DNA of 59,304 bases, from positions 101,680-160,983 of the forward strand of contig MQRK01238736.1 in the NCBI GenBank assembly GCA_001938485.1, given 5' to 3'. Under the pieces are notes generated by a model. That model saw only the letters and a list, made by a program, of their open reading frames with translations, had not been told where the DNA came from and did no database searches. Shown here one piece after another: positions 24,553 to 39,449 of the stretch (position 1 is its first letter; every line of letters starts with the position of its first letter). This DNA is from Girardia tigrina. Taxonomy: Eukaryota. Position numbers and translations under genes: made by a program.

Positions 24553-26199
24553 CAACATAATATACGTAAGAATTATGTACCTGATTTCATGTTCAGAAGC
24601 AAGCTTTATTATTAAGACTCGCCAGTTTCACATAATTAACTAACAAATATTGGAAAAAATCATGCTTCCAATTTCAAAACCCTTGTAGAAGATGAAAAAG
24701 CCTCACACTTAGACTATGTAACATGTAATAAAACCAAATTTGGAGGAGTGTACTCTGAATCTTAATTATGACTAGTGAATAAATATTTGTTGAAACCATA
24801 AGAATTTTTAATTTGATAAATCTATTTTAAATCTATTTTTAAGTTTCAGTTTTTAAAGAAATTGTGCTGAAAACTTCCTTTGAATCTTCTTCTACTAGTT
24901 ACTCTGACGCGTTACACTAAATTAAGATATTCATTGCTGTTGAAACAACAATTTTTGTGTGAAAAACAATCAGAATAACATTTTACAAAGAATTTATTTG
25001 ATCATTGACCTAAAGATTGTCGATGACATTTAAATCCAATATTGGCACAGCTTACTAGGACCATTTTTGTCCAGTTTGTAACATCAATAAACCATCAAGT
25101 CTTACGAAGGGTTAGCATTTATTAATTTATAATTATCATATTTTATCAAATAAATTCGCTATTCTTGTTTTTTTAGCATTATTTTAGAAATATTAAAAAA
25201 ATTTAAATAATAATTTAGTCCTTTTTGAAATTTATTTATGCTATAAATTTTGATTTATGAGGCTTTTAATACTCATTATCCACCGCTCGACTTGACTTCA
25301 TGTTATTATATTTATTTTTTTAATGAAAAATTATTTAATTAAAAATACAATTAAAATTGGTTTTCCTACTTGATAAAAATTGAAAAAAAATAATTTCTTA
25401 TAATTATAGTTTTAAAATATAAAATATAAATAAATATATAATTATTTAATTAAAAAAACGATATGAAATTATTTCAATTTATTTTGCAAAATAATAAATA
25501 TTCCGAACAAAATTTTAAAAATACATTGAAACTAATTACACAAATATGTAAAAAAAGTATAAAAATTACATTATATAATTGCTATTTAATATAAAATTTA
25601 CTTACTCGGTTTTCCGAATTGAAATATTAAATTGATGAGAGTTATTTATTCGAGAACTATTTAAAGATAAAAAGCATTGAAGAAGCGGAGGGTTTTGACC
25701 ACTTGATTCCATTCAATATCAACTTAATTTTTAAAATATTTATAATATTTGAACTCTGTTCTGTCTTTGATAATATTTATAAATGGTGGAGTGCTTGTTT
25801 TCGGTCAATGTGTTATCAAGAGTTAAATAAATTTTAACACAATCATCCATACATTAAGTAAACAAATCATGAAAACATTTTAGTCTACCTTGAATTCATG
25901 ATATCTAGTCCATATTTTAATAATTAAAAATGTTTTGTGAAGTAATCTTACACACACTTGGGCATTCAAAATTATTTGTGTAAAGTAGTAAATCAAAAAA
26001 TTAAATTTTTTATATCCATTTTTTAGGCAAACAGAACTTTACTTTGCTAGCAAAGTTTTTAAAATTTTAAAAATTTAACATTTAAAAATTTTAATTAAAA
26101 GAGCAAATTAAAAATTAATATCAACTACTTATAATTTATAAATAGTATCTTGCAATTAATATTGTTCGGGAACTCCGAATTTTCCGTTTTTTCTCATTT

Positions 26200-26390
26200 T
26201 GGGATCTTAAAAATATTTTTTCTCTATCAAATTTTTACATAATCCTTTTTTGTCATCGAGAATGAGTAAGTGTGCAAAGTTTGAAGAAAATCGATTTAGT
26301 AAAAAGCCTTCAAAAATAGGTTTCTAAATTCCATGGATACACACACATATACATATATATAAAGTAAGCTAATAAAAAGAATGGAATAAA
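26200..26390 (+). mobile_element. Helentron/DINE-1-like dispersed repeat, copy 1
   Basis: Highly similar to 36940-37105 (AATGAGTAAGTGTGCAAAGTTTGAAGAAAAT...AAGTAAGCTAATA); includes a CA/TA microsatellite. The family assignment is inferred. Confidence 0.55.
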
Positions 26391-26449
26391 TTTAAATTTT
26401 AGTTTCAGTGTTGTTTATTGCTAACACTACCAGCTACCTAAAAAAAGCA

Positions 26450-28150
26450 ATAAAAAGGATTGACATTAAAATTATTTTAGAGCATTCGACAGCAGTGGAA
26501 GCTTTTATGTGTGAAAAAATTCGCAAGAATTATGAAGATTCATTTGATTACTGACTCGATTCTGTATATCCCGTTTCCGTAATCAAAAGTGCCACTGAGC
26601 ATTTACATGAGCTGCATGAGAAAAAGTAGAGTACTAAATAATTATTTTGAATTGACCAGACGTTCGGCGTCCGATCAGTTAATTGATTTGCGACTTCAAT
26701 ACTTGGAAACAATTGATAATACACATCCCAAGTAAAAAGGTTGGTGACTAAGATTGATGATTTGATGAAGGTGGCCTTTACGGCTGGATTGTCATTTGAA
26801 CTACAAATATAGTTCAAATGGATCGGCGATCCACCACTAGGTAAAATGATTAAAAGCAGTCGGAGGTATTTTGGAATCAAAAGAAGCATATTGGTAGAAA
26901 CAATTGTTGGATACAGAATGAAGGAATGACGAGCATTCAGGCTAAAATCATCCAGAGTGATTGAAAAAAGCAGACAGTTTTCTACATATGTCAGAGGCCG
27001 TATCATATTAAAAAAACACTGTCAATTGGAAAATCATCAAAAGAGTTTGTAAGAGGACGACTCTTTTCCATTGCAATTACAGGCACTACAAGCGATGAAT
27101 ATCGGCGTCAATGATTGGTCATTTGTTGCACTGAGAGATTCCGGTAGCTCAAAAACGGTTGTTTGAAAAAAGTTAGTTTGAAAGGATGTTATTTTGTTTG
27201 GTGAGGAGAGAATGGTTCTGTCGGACAGAAAGGATGTCAGAGTGAATTCTAGCACATTAAGGTTGACTATAGACGGGAGCATGTTCAGTTATGAAGAGCA
27301 TGCCAAATGGATTGGGAACGTTAATCAGCATAGACATTATTGAGAATTTAAGTGTGTAAGAAGTAGTTGCAACCTCAATATCAGGATTCATTTTTTTAAC
27401 ACCAAAATTTATTTATATAACAATTCACATCTTTAAAACAAATTTTCCTGTTAATGTAATTTAATTATCTCGACCCAAATTAATCCATTAAATTCTTTTC
27501 GATTTAATTTTTAAAATCCTGAAAATTTATTTCGAAAATTATTTAAACTTTATTTTCAAAATTTATTTCAAAGTTNNNNNNNNNNNNNNNNNNNNNNNNN
27601 NNNNNNNNNNNNNNNNNNNNNNNNNAAATTATTTAAACTTTATTTTCAAAATTTATTTCAAAGTTTTTAAAATTACTTATTAAAAATATTTTTATTTATA
27701 AATAAATATTTAATATTTTTGTTTTCTTGATATTTTTAATTTTACGATATTTAATAGATACATTAAAAGATATCTTTTTATTTTTAAATAGATATTTTAT
27801 TTTTTATGATTTTCTTTTATTATATCATTTTTAATTTTAAAATATTGAATAAGCATATTAACATAAAAATATTTTACCCTTTAAATTAAAAAAATAATAA
27901 ATTATTCAGGCAAGATAAAAATTTAAATTAACCCCTCATAAAGTGGAAGGAGAATCAACAAGAGCATTATCGAGTTCGATGTAGAAATTGAAGAAAGAGA
28001 TAAATGCATTGGCGACAGCAGCACCCTAATTTAGTAGAAAGAAGTACTATTTAGAGATCGAATTTAGGGAAAACTGGGCGATAAGATGGGATTAGAAAAA
28101 CGGAGCATTTGTTTATCTCCCCAAGTGACAGTCTATTTTCTGGATGCAGC
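26450..28150 (+). pseudogene. Decayed LTR-retrotransposon gag/protease, interrupted by a reverse-oriented LTR
   Basis: KIDDLMKVAFTAGLSFELQI (homologous to 55160-55230) and protease ALRDSGSSKTVV (~27125-27165); broken at ~27355-27945. Confidence 0.65.
27355..27945 (-). repeat. LTR-like repeat (family also at 13845-13977, 40095-40369 and ~30690)
   Basis: Shares GAGGGGTTAATTTAAATTT...AATAATTTATTATTTTTT and the CCTGATATTGAGGTTGCAAC...ACA end with the LTR preceding the gag at 40369. Confidence 0.7.
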
Positions 28151-31100
28151 CATACTGACAATTGTTGGTTGTTATTATTCTTATCATATATAATTTATTT
28201 CTTTTTCATTTTAACCTAACAAATTATTTTGAAACGAATATCATTTACCATCCCTCTTGTAACAAATGCAAATGGTTTGTATTGTACCCGAATTAAATTC
28301 ACCTGGCATAATGATTTACCAGTGAACAAAATAAAATAATTTAGGGTTCATAATAGAAAACATTCTATAAATATTCCTCTAGCTCCTGTCTAGTTGAAAA
28401 AATCTCAATTAATATCATGTTCCTTTATATTTTGTTGATTTTTTAAATATAAATTTTCCAACCAATAATCATTTAATTATTGATCATTAAAAGTTACTCT
28501 AAATATTTTAAAAGATTATAAATAAACTTTAAAAAACATAGATATTTATCAGTTATTCAACATTCATATTTAAGGTTTAACAATGATACGTGTTAACGTA
28601 ACTAAAAAAGGTTGAGGTTGATAGAGGATTGATTATTGGACTTTCTCATCGAAAGCGACATCTTGAGTGTTCTATGGAGAACAATCTTCTCTTCGACTTT
28701 CAGATCATAAATGATGTCGATAGGCACTATGTACACTTGCCATTGCTTATCAACTGATCGGTTCTTAGAAATTTATATCAATACTCCATCAACCTCAAGA
28801 AAAACTAAAAACTCACAAAAACATCAACTTAAAAATTTATTGATTTAAATTTGATAACTTTGCAAAAGACATACTGAACAAAATAAAATGTAGACAAATC
28901 TATATTAATTCGTTTTTCAAAAATATTCACACAAAGTTCTAGACCGCCGCACCTATTGTCAATAGTCTCGACAGGGGACCATGAGTGCCTGCCGTTTTCT
29001 ATCAACCACAAAATCTAAATCAGTCAAATAAGTTTTTTCCATTCTTTACATTAGCTTACTTTCACTCTCTCTATATATATAGATCTTCTTCTGCATCTGG
29101 GATCTTTGAATCTTCGATATATTTTCCACAATTAACTGCTTTTCAAAATAATTGCCAAATTATATTATTTAATCAACTCTAATTTAATTTTATTAATTAC
29201 ATTTAATTAAATTTACCTTTTGTTAAATTTAATTAAATTTCATCGAACTATCTAAAAGTTATATTATAAATTCGACAATTACTTTTGGGAGAGACAACAT
29301 AGTCTACAACATACGACACATCATACCAAACATTCAACACAGGTACATTTTTTTGTTTTATTTCTGCTGTCTTGTGTGAATATGTATTACTATTATTTCT
29401 TTTTTGTTTGGAGCCTTTCAAAGAATGAAAGAAAGAAAAATGAAAAGATAGAAGAAGATTGAAAGAAAAGGGAATAAAAGAGAATTGTATTTATTTTCCC
29501 CCCATTATTTATTTTAAGCACAAAATAATTATTTGGTAAACAATAATTATTAAATTTACGAAAAAAATCAGTACACAAATTAATTACCAGTTACCGCAGA
29601 ACAAATTATTAATCGTATCAATCTCAATCTTTCCTCTTTTTTTTGGATAACCGTTTTCCACCGTTTTCAAGAAGGTATTTCGTCAATCAAACAAACCAAG
29701 AAGATCATAATTGGAAGATTATATGACCCTAATTGTGACTCGCTGTCGATTGATTCATTTATTTGATTTTTCATCATATCTACCATACTATTGATATTAA
29801 AGTGAGGTTTATTTTATTTTTTTTATTGTTGGTATTTTTGTTTTAACCTGGTATCTGTATTAAATAATATATCTTATTTTAAACTCTAAGAGTGATTTTT
29901 TCTGAAATATTAATGTTGGGTTCTTGATCAAGATTATAATTCATTAACACCAAAACTTTATTAATAACACAAATAACAATTATTTAAACAATTTTTCTTG
30001 AGGAACTTTCGTTTTCTTTTGACCAAATTTCTTATACATAAAAATACAGAATTATAAATACTGGTAAGTTATTTATTAAAACGAGATTTTTTAAAAATTA
30101 AAATTTTTTTCTTTAATTTTATAGATTAAACATTCTATTATTTGATAAAATTTGATTTAAAATCAGCAAAATTTATTTTAACCCAAATTAACAAAAAAAA
30201 GAGTTTAACATTTTATTTATTATCAATATTTTAATTTAAAATACAATTTACGAATTTAAAATACAATTTATGAATTTAAAATACACTTTTTATTATTAGG
30301 GGCAATTAAAACAAAATACCGATCTCGATTGGATCGAGAGGACGACTTACGACTTTCGATTTCAAATATAAATCCTAATATAGATGCAATTATACGCACT
30401 TTGCAAGCTCACCCTTCTCACTAATTGATATTGTTATGAAAAGTTGTTCATTAAATACATGTTTAAATATAAAACTATACATAGTTCTATTGATATCCCT
30501 ATATACATAAATAAAACCGTTCTTAAAAAAATTGCGTTTTATTTCACTGTACCTACATTGTTGATTGAAAAAAATGTCAATTATTTACCAAGGGGTCGCG
30601 AAAAATATTTATACAGAATGAGGTGTCATAAAGCAAAATAGTTTGCGCACCACTGTACTAAACCATTACACAAAATTATAGTTATGAAGAGTTAGTTTAA
30701 ATTTGCATTTCGCCGAAATAGTTTATTATTTTTTTTAATTTGAAAGTTTTAAAAAAAGTAAATAACTACAAATGTTAAAATTAAAAGTGATATTATAAAG
30801 AAAAGCATCAAAAATTAAAGACGTGTATAAAAAATAAAAAAATACTTATAGTTATAGCAATTGATATATCATAATAAAAGTTTTGAAATAAAAATTTTAA
30901 AATAAATAATAAACAGATAAAACTTTATAATATATTAAGAAAAAATTTTACAAAATTTCATTTGAAACAGATAAAACTATTCTTGAATAACATGCGAATA
31001 CCCCGAGATAGAGTCGCTCATTGGGCCATGTTTTCTACCTTCACAATATCCGTTCACTGATGCATCTGCCGTAGTCGTTACTTTAGTAACAGCTACCGCA

Positions 31101-32245
31101 TTTGATGTCAGGGGGTTCCATTCACCAGTGTTGTGTTTATTCCAAGTCGATATGTAGTACTTGAATTAGAAATAATGCACATGCGTCTCAGATTTTTTGT
31201 CGTTGTATCTGAGAGTTTCATAGTTGATAAGAGGGTGTTGTTGGCATCTAGCCAGGAACCCAAGCAACCCCCCACAATAGTGCCCAGTCGAACCGTCTAT
31301 CCCTTGTGGTTTTTCTTGGCTTCCTTTTTCATTTTTTGTTCTCGCATTCTTCAGGGATTTGACTGTGTTGTAGCTCTCTTCTTCCCTTGTTGTAGATTTA
31401 ACACATTTACTTTAAAAACACAAAAATCAACATTGACAGTTTTTTTCAATTTTTGATTTTTTTAATTGTCAGTTTTTCTGAGCACTACAGTCTGGATTTA
31501 ATTTAAAAGGGAATTATTTATTTCTTTAATTATATGTAGTTGTTTAATTCATTTTTAGCATAGCATTATATATGCATAAAAAAGTAAAGCAAACCATTCA
31601 GCGACATTAACAATTCAATATAAAAACGAACTAAGTCTTCAAACAATTTGAATATAGAGTCGAGTACAGATAACTCGTACTCGGTTACCTTGAATTTCGT
31701 CATTAGTTGAAGTTTTTCAAAGTCCTAAAATAATTGTCATCCAAAAGAATAAAGAATTTTTCACCTAACTCAAATTCGGTGAACTCAAAATTCTTTTAAC
31801 TTGAACATTTTTAATTGGCCGAACAGTTTCGACTTATCCATACCTGACTTTAATTAAATATTGACAAGAGAGAAGAGGACGTTCGAAATATCAATATAAA
31901 TAATTATGAATATAATAACAAATTCCTTTAAAATTCCGAAACAGTAATTTCTCCAATGTTAATATTTTCTAACATATAACATATTTGAGAAATCGTTTCA
32001 TTTTTTTAATATAAAATAAATAAACAAATAAAAAATCTTCGACTCATCAAGATTGTGATTATTGTACAATAATAAAAACAATTCCTTTTGCAAATTTTTA
32101 AAATAAGTAAAACGCTTCGTTATAGGCGTTATATTAAATAATATTTTATTAGAAAAAATTATGAGAAATGACTGAAAACTAGAAGGAAAAGAAACACGGT
32201 AAACATAATAAAATACACTTGACATAAAGTCTGAGTTTTTTAAAT

Positions 32246-32371
32246 TTAAAAATCAATAAATTCTTTTGCACATTTTTCCGAATTTGCAATACGAAGAGGT
32301 TCTTCTTCGTAATCATCAAAATTTGACGAATCTCCTGGTCCTTTGATATTTGGTATAAATGGGGCTTCAAT
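32246..32371 (-). CDS. PKA-C: PKA catalytic subunit terminal coding exon (AGC C-tail)
   Basis: AG acceptor; [41 protein letters not shown], with NFDDY and the terminal FxxF hydrophobic motif. Confidence 0.96.
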   Translation of the reverse strand: MEAPFIPNIKGPGDSSNFDDYEEEPLRIANSEKCAKEFIDF

Positions 32372-34926
32372 CTAATAATAATAAATGGATTTAATAATTC
32401 AAACTAATTTGGTAGAAAATTAATATACATATTACATTCAATAAGTACTCTGTCTGACAAAGATAAAATGTATTTAAAGACGTAAGACTTTTTTTAGTAA
32501 GAATACATTCATTTACTTAGGTTTTAAATATCGATTATTGTTTTACTCTTAAACAGAATTTTTATAAATGAAAAATATATTTACAAATATATATTTTACA
32601 AAATGTAAAACTAAAAGTTAAAATTAAATATTTATATTCACAAACTAGTAAATAAAAAAAAAAATTTTTATATTCACTCTTTATGCTGGCAGAACTCTAC
32701 TTGGCCAAGATATTTTTTGTTATCTTTTGTAGAAGGGAAAATTAATATTTCATTTATTTTTTAGGGTAATATAAACTACTTATACGTATATTTATAGGTA
32801 GATCTTTTTCAACAGAGAGTAGCCAGGATTTCATTTCGGGGAGGTTATATTGATGAACATGTAACACTCACACACACATATATATAATCCCTGACACACA
32901 CACTGACATCATTCATGATTTCTTGGTCCTGTTAAAAAGCATTTCCATATTGTTTATAGTCTAGCAAGAATGAAAAGAGGCTGGACATATAAATTACAGT
33001 GTATTCTACGGAAAGTATAAGGAATAAAGAATTTAATAAAGATAAGAAGAGCTCAATTTATATAAAAAAGTCCAGTCGTCCTTGGTATTGACAAAATTCT
33101 TGCAGTACTTCATCAGAACTGACTGAAACGTCCTAGTATATTTGACAGCATCACCCAGCCACTTAGTTGGTTGTTATTAATGGTACTTCTCGTATTTGTT
33201 TTAATTCGGGTCAGAGCGAAAAATATTCTTTTTTCTGTTGCAGTAATCCCTGAAAGAGTAAGGAAAATTTGTAGAGGTTTTAAATATTTGGAAAGTAGCG
33301 GATATCACATTGACAAAATGCTTCCAACGTTGTCACTGACTGGTCTTTTGGGAGACATTGAACCTACTTTTCCGAGTAAATGCAAAACTTCAATGGTTAT
33401 TGCCGCTTTTCGACAGAGGTTTCATATAATTAGCCAAGCTTTTCAAAGTTGATATCGGTAACTTTATGGCAATTGAAAGGAATAAGAGCTTTAAATATTG
33501 AAAATATCTTCTCGTGATTAACGAGCCTTTTACAAAGTTTTAATCCAACGTTGTCAACAAATACGTTATAAACAGTTATCCTATAATAGTTTTCTGACGA
33601 TAAGAATGATAATTACGGATATGCACATATCCCTTGCAAGTCGTCAGATTTGTCTTTCAGAACCGCTCTTAAAGATGTTTTTTGTTTTTTTCATGGTATC
33701 CTTAATTGCTGATTCTCTATCTGAGATGTGATTTTTGAAATAAAATATGAATCTTGAATAGATAGAATGTTTTATACCTATCGATTTTTGGCACAAATCA
33801 GTTTCATATCTTCAATGGCGTTTTTTAATAAAAATATTTTTAGTTTTTGTTCTTATTAGTCGGAGATCGATCATAATCCCGACTCCAGACCAGATAATAA
33901 CTGAAAAAGCACTGATTGATTGGAATATAATGTTTTACGTGAAAAAATTGTCGGAATCTTTACAATGTCGGAACTTCGGTTACGTTATACATAGTTTATC
34001 GATTTTTTTCATACTTTCAAATTTCATCATTGATTCCCGTGGGTATATTTTAAACAAAGATATTTATTTATTACCATTATTAGATATGTGAGCTCCGATC
34101 CCGGCCAGTTCATTGTCGTCTAACGTGGCGGTCATCAATAAAATAGCTTCTCTTTTGAAAATTTAATACGACAAGAAAAAGCGGTTCCAAATTTTATTAT
34201 TTCGAAAAAATCACTCCACGCTTTGAATATTAAAACAAAAATTTTTTTGTTGTTCATTTATTTTTTTAGAACCCGTTGATTAATTTTCTTAATTTTCGAC
34301 ATAACGATTTTAGTATATAAATATTAATATGTTATAAATATTGATATTCATTTTATGTATTCTTTATTTAAGGATTATTTTACTTCAAGATATTTTTTTA
34401 TAATTAAAAATCGAGATTTTAAAATAATTCTATTTTAAATATCTCACAAGATATATATGACTTTTAATTAATATTAATTCAACATACGATTGGTAGTCGT
34501 TCGTTTCCATAAAATGTTTTTTCTTTAAATTTTTGACTATTATTATTGTATTCATCATATGGGAATTTCGAGTTAATTAATGGAATTGAATAAATTGAAT
34601 AAATTTCTTACACTGCTTCAATTTATTTCTAATCGAGGCTAATTTGAACTTAACAAAACAAAAAATTATTCATATAAATAAAGATAATTATTTGATAATA
34701 ATAATAATAATAAATAAAATAATAATAATAAATAAAAAATTATAATAAAAATAATAAATCTTATTATCACTGATTATATTATTATCAAATATTATTATTA
34801 AATTAATGCAAAAAAGATTTCCTTTAAAAGAAGATTAATTTTTGATTTTATTAAATATAAAATACATAAAACGAATTCAACTGAAGAATTTTCAATATAA
34901 ATTAAATTAATTTGAATAAATCAAAC

Positions 34927-35091
34927 TTCTTTTTTAAATATTAATATCCAATCACAGTTGAGAAACCATTTGTGAGTTTTAATATCGCCAACGTTGTTCT
35001 TCAAATTGCCGAATCTTTTCGTTAAATCAACTTGCAACAAATTGCGCAGCAAATCCTTCAGATCCGCACTAAAGTGTGATGGAAATCTTAC
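34927..35091 (-). CDS. PKA-C: PKA catalytic subunit exon (165 bp)
   Basis: AG/GT bounded; [55 protein letters not shown]. Confidence 0.96.
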
Positions 35092-35444
35092 CTAAATTCA
35101 ATTAGATTTTTATTAGATTCCCGAAAAAAATCAATAAAAAAGATAATTATATTTATTTTCTTATTCTCCTTTGTTTTTAACCAGGAGTTAAATATTTTAA
35201 TATTTATATCTTAAAATAAACTAATTAATTAATTTCAAATAAATCATCATCTAGAATACCCTTTGAATGATATTGTACCATTGAAATGGTCATACAAATA
35301 CAACTATTGTTGTTATAAAATCTTATTTAATTTTGGAGCTTAATTTTAAATAATTTTAATAATAATTCAGAAAATTAAAAAAATTATGGCAAATTATGTT
35401 TATAAATTAAAACACTTCATTTGTAAAATAAATTTTTATAATTT

Positions 35445-35747
35445 TACGACAATTAATTTCGACGGTATAACCGTCATCGTCAGGTTTAGAGAAAAAAAAG
35501 TTTTAAATCTGCTTATAAAGGCTAGCAGTGATTATGTCATCAATTGATTATTATGTCATCTAAGCACGCTCAATTGGGTTTTCGAGAGACCCGTTTGCAC
35601 ATTAATCTTAGGATCTGATATAAATGTGCAAAAGGGTCTGTCAAAAACCCTATTGAGCGCGTTTAGATGACATAACAATAATTTGATGACATTGCTACTG
35701 CTTGTCTATATGAGCAGATTTAAAATTTATTTTTTATTGTGACCTGA
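35445..35747. mobile_element. Inverted duplication of a Penelope-like 3' end with hammerhead motif
   Basis: About 125-bp imperfect inverted arms (35481-35603 / 35623-35747). The right arm encodes LGSDINVQKGLSKTLLSAFR*, homologous to the GIY-YIG ORF end at 42140-42203. The minus strand has CTGACGA-T-GACGG-TTATA-CCGTC-GAAA. Confidence 0.7.
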
Positions 35748-36939
35748 TTTTGAAATGGCGTGTTTTGGTTTATAATTTGAATAAACTATTTTTTTGTTAT
35801 TTCAAACTCGAAAGTTCACATATCTCTTAAAAGAAAGGATAAACTATTATTTTGCTATTTTCATTCACAAAGACAATCTTTTTAATATTCTTGTGTAGCC
35901 AATCTTCACTACTCTCTGTATATGTCGACTCTCTCGATCTCTCATAATCCCATTATAAAATAACTGACTAATTCGTAAAAAGTCGAAAAGTGATATTCGT
36001 CAAAAATAAGTCTAAAATATTTATAAAAATTTTGTTAGCCGTCCCTTTTTGACCACATTGAAAGCGAATTTACAGAATTGGATCGTAAATAAGTTACGTC
36101 AATGTAATAGTAATATGATGAATAGTTCCAAACACACTTTTAACATTTATCTTTTATTGTGATAAATATAAATGTAGTTATCACATTATTAAGAATAATA
36201 TAATTTTCAAAATTTTTATTAGTATCACAATTTGATTTGCTTTCAAGTCAAATATTACTAAAACTTTCATAAATTTGTATCATAAAATTAATTATTATCT
36301 TTATTTCATTTTCTAAACCAATTTGGGACCTGAAAAATCTTTTCAAATATTTTCTACTAATTTGATTTTTTAAATTACAATAAATATTAAATATTGAAAA
36401 AATATTAAACTGCTTTTTTGTTTAAAATTTTAATATAACATTTATCAAATTATTTAAAATTTTAGAATGATATTAAATTAAAATAAATTTAAATATTATA
36501 TGTAAATTTACATCAAAGTAGTCGCAGATAATGAGAATTAAAATATTAATCATCCATCTGGATAGAGTCACAATCTATAATCAGCATACAACATACCAAC
36601 ACAAAACATCAAACATTACAAACATTCCTCACACACTTGATCAAAGGTTACACTTGCTATTTGTAATGACCATTTTGGAAATTTATTTGATTTAACGTGA
36701 GATAAAAACGAAAAAAATCGATTTTCAAAAAACAAACTAACTTGGAATTTTAAAAATTTTATTAAATTATTTCGATAAAACAATTTTGTTTTTTGTATTG
36801 TTTTTTTATATACATTATAAAATAATTTTTAAAATTGGAAAATAATTTTTACAAAAAAATAATTTTTTACATTGGTAAAAAAATAGTTTTTCCAACACGA
36901 TAAAATAAGTACTTTTATGTTTTTGTTGTAAAAATATTG

Positions 36940-37105
36940 TGGGACCTTAAAAAGTTTTTTTGATCAAATTTTCATATAATCATTTATTGTCATCGACAAT
37001 GAGTAAGTGTGCAAAGTTTGAAGAAAATTGATTAAGTAAAAGCCTTCAAAAATAGGTTTTTAAATTCCATGGACCTAGAAAGTAAGCTAATATAAAGAAT
37101 GGAAA
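36940..37105 (+). mobile_element. Helentron/DINE-1-like dispersed repeat, copy 2
   Basis: Homologous to 26200-26390. Confidence 0.55.
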
Positions 37106-37329
37106 AAAATACATCATCAAATGATCACTTTGATGCATACATATTCCTTCACTTAATTGCAAGTTTATAATTCCATTGATTGTGTAGAAAATGAAGTGAT
37201 ACATGAATATATAAATAGTTATGCGTATATTTTGTATAAGCTAAGAAGTACAAGGGAAATATATCTCTAAAAATACTATCCAGCGATTGAAGATAAAATA
37301 TGATTTAAATATTATTCAGAGTTTGTATA

Positions 37330-38705
37330 CTTGTATACTTGTTTATTATCTGTAAACATTCTTTCCTCGAGTTTGCTTCATTTGATTGTGTTTATTAATA
37401 TTCGTTGTAATCGTAGTCATCATGCATTTCTGCAATATCATATCTTCGATTTTGATGCCTCTGTTGATTTCGTGGGCTATTTGTTCTTTGCCATTCATTT
37501 TTTTCTGGCGTTTTGGTCTCTTTCTTTTAATCTATTCTTGTTCATGTTGCATTGCGTCCTGATATGGCCATTTTTTTGCAATAAGAACACTTTATATTTG
37601 GACAGTTTCTTCTTATGTGTCCTTCTTCGTGGCATGTCCAGCATTTTACAACTCATAACTCTAGTTATTTCTCGGTTTGTATCCATTATTTCTTTGATTA
37701 GTGTGCCTATTTTCGAAATTTCTTTGTTGGTTGCGTTCTATATAGTGTGGTTTACGTTTGCCTACCGTTTTTCATTCATCATGTTTACCTACCGTATTGT
37801 ATGCCGCAACTGTTTCTTCTTTTTCCATTTTGCGTAGTTCATACATATTTGAAACTATATCTTTTATATCCTTTGTTTCGGTAGCTCCTCTCAATTTCAA
37901 TTCTCTTTTCACCTCATAATCGTCAACCATATTCATGCAAACAAGATTGAGCAGCTTTTTCTTAGAAAGTTTGCTTTCTGTTAATATCGTTACTTATTCT
38001 TCGGCTTTTTTGAACGTTTCTTCCGGATCTGAAGATCCCCATCGGAGATTTAAAATATTCTTCATTGTGTCAAGCAGAGATTTTTCTTTTACAAATGCCG
38101 TTTTCAGTTTTTCTTTATACGTATTTCCATCTGCTTCTGAAAATTTTGTGATTGCTGATGAAGTCATGAAGATCGTCACCATCACTAATATTCTATCTTC
38201 TATTATACCCATAATATCCGCATAACGTTCGAAATTTTTTATGAAGTCATCTAATTTCGACTAGTATTCATCGAATTTTTTGTGCTCCATAATGTTCGTT
38301 GTCACACGAGCTGTGGTCGCCATATTAACAATATCACAAGCGAATTCACTATTTGACATTTTTCTTGATCAATATATTTCTGAGTTCATACCAATTATTT
38401 TCAATAAATGAAAATCTGTTAATAAAAATTATTAATTATAAAGAATCTAATTGGTTAAAATTAAATCTAACATTTTTAAAAAAAGAACATTTTAAATTAA
38501 TATATTAAAATTTTAAATTACATTAAAAAATAAATAATACATTAAAAAATTATTTTAAATCTTTTTACTTTAAAATTAAATTAAATTATTTTTAATTAGT
38601 AAGAATCAAAGAAAATACCAATCATCCATCTGTGTAGGAGAGGCACAATCCGAATCAACATTCTACATGCACAATATCAACACACAATTCAAAACATTCT
38701 TCACA
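37330..38705 (-). mobile_element. Truncated LTR retrotransposon: LTR, PBS (TGGCGACC) and decayed gag with two CCHC knuckles
   Basis: LTR-like segment 38705 to 38323 starting TGTGAAGAAT (related repeats at ~9538, ~21809 and ~36633); PBS at 38322; gag homologous to the 40369 ORF; CWTCHEEGHIRRNC plus a second, frameshifted knuckle. Confidence 0.8.
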
Positions 38706-39184
38706 GTAAATATGTTCAATTTAATTGGTCGTGAAATAATTTATATTCAGTTTTATTATTAATATAATTTCAATACTTAAAATTGTTAGAAAACAGTTTA
38801 GCTTTTATTAAACGTAGTTACTTGCTTTACAAATGTTCAACTTTATTTTGTAAATGTATTTGCAATAAAATAAAGAATAATTCATAAACTTAACTTCTTA
38901 GTAAAAAAACCTCTCAAAAAAGATGAAGGAATTTTTATTTATCAAAATATTTACGACAGAAATATTAAAAAAGGATGAAATGGAAATGGAATCTGTCAGT
39001 AAATAGTTTCACTTAATCAAATCAAGATTTGAAGTATATTTTATTATATAACGTTTTAATTAATAAATTAATTAATTTATTAAAATATTTTTAAATAAAC
39101 ATTTAAACAAAAATTGTGAGTCCAAATACTTTTACATCAAAATACTTACTTTTTATAATTATAGTAATAATATTTATTTATTTA

Positions 39185-39334
<150 letters not shown>

Positions 39335-39449
39335 TCATTTAAAATAATGATACTTATTAGCTGTTTATAAAATAATTTTATTTCTGATTTTAACATTGAA
39401 AAATATAGAAACATTTTAGAACGTATTAATACTATATTAACCACAACTC

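Noticed and set aside
25700-25800. TPPFINIIKDR on the minus strand as an alternative PKA-C last exon
   Set aside because: No NFDDY or FxxF motif and no convincing acceptor; likely chance.
30990-31400. Nearly open minus-strand frame, possibly Harbinger-like
   Set aside because: No diagnostic motif could be confirmed.
36220-38705. Repeats ending at 36633 and 38705 as the paired LTRs of one element
   Set aside because: Too divergent by eye, with no PPT before the second copy and no TSD found.
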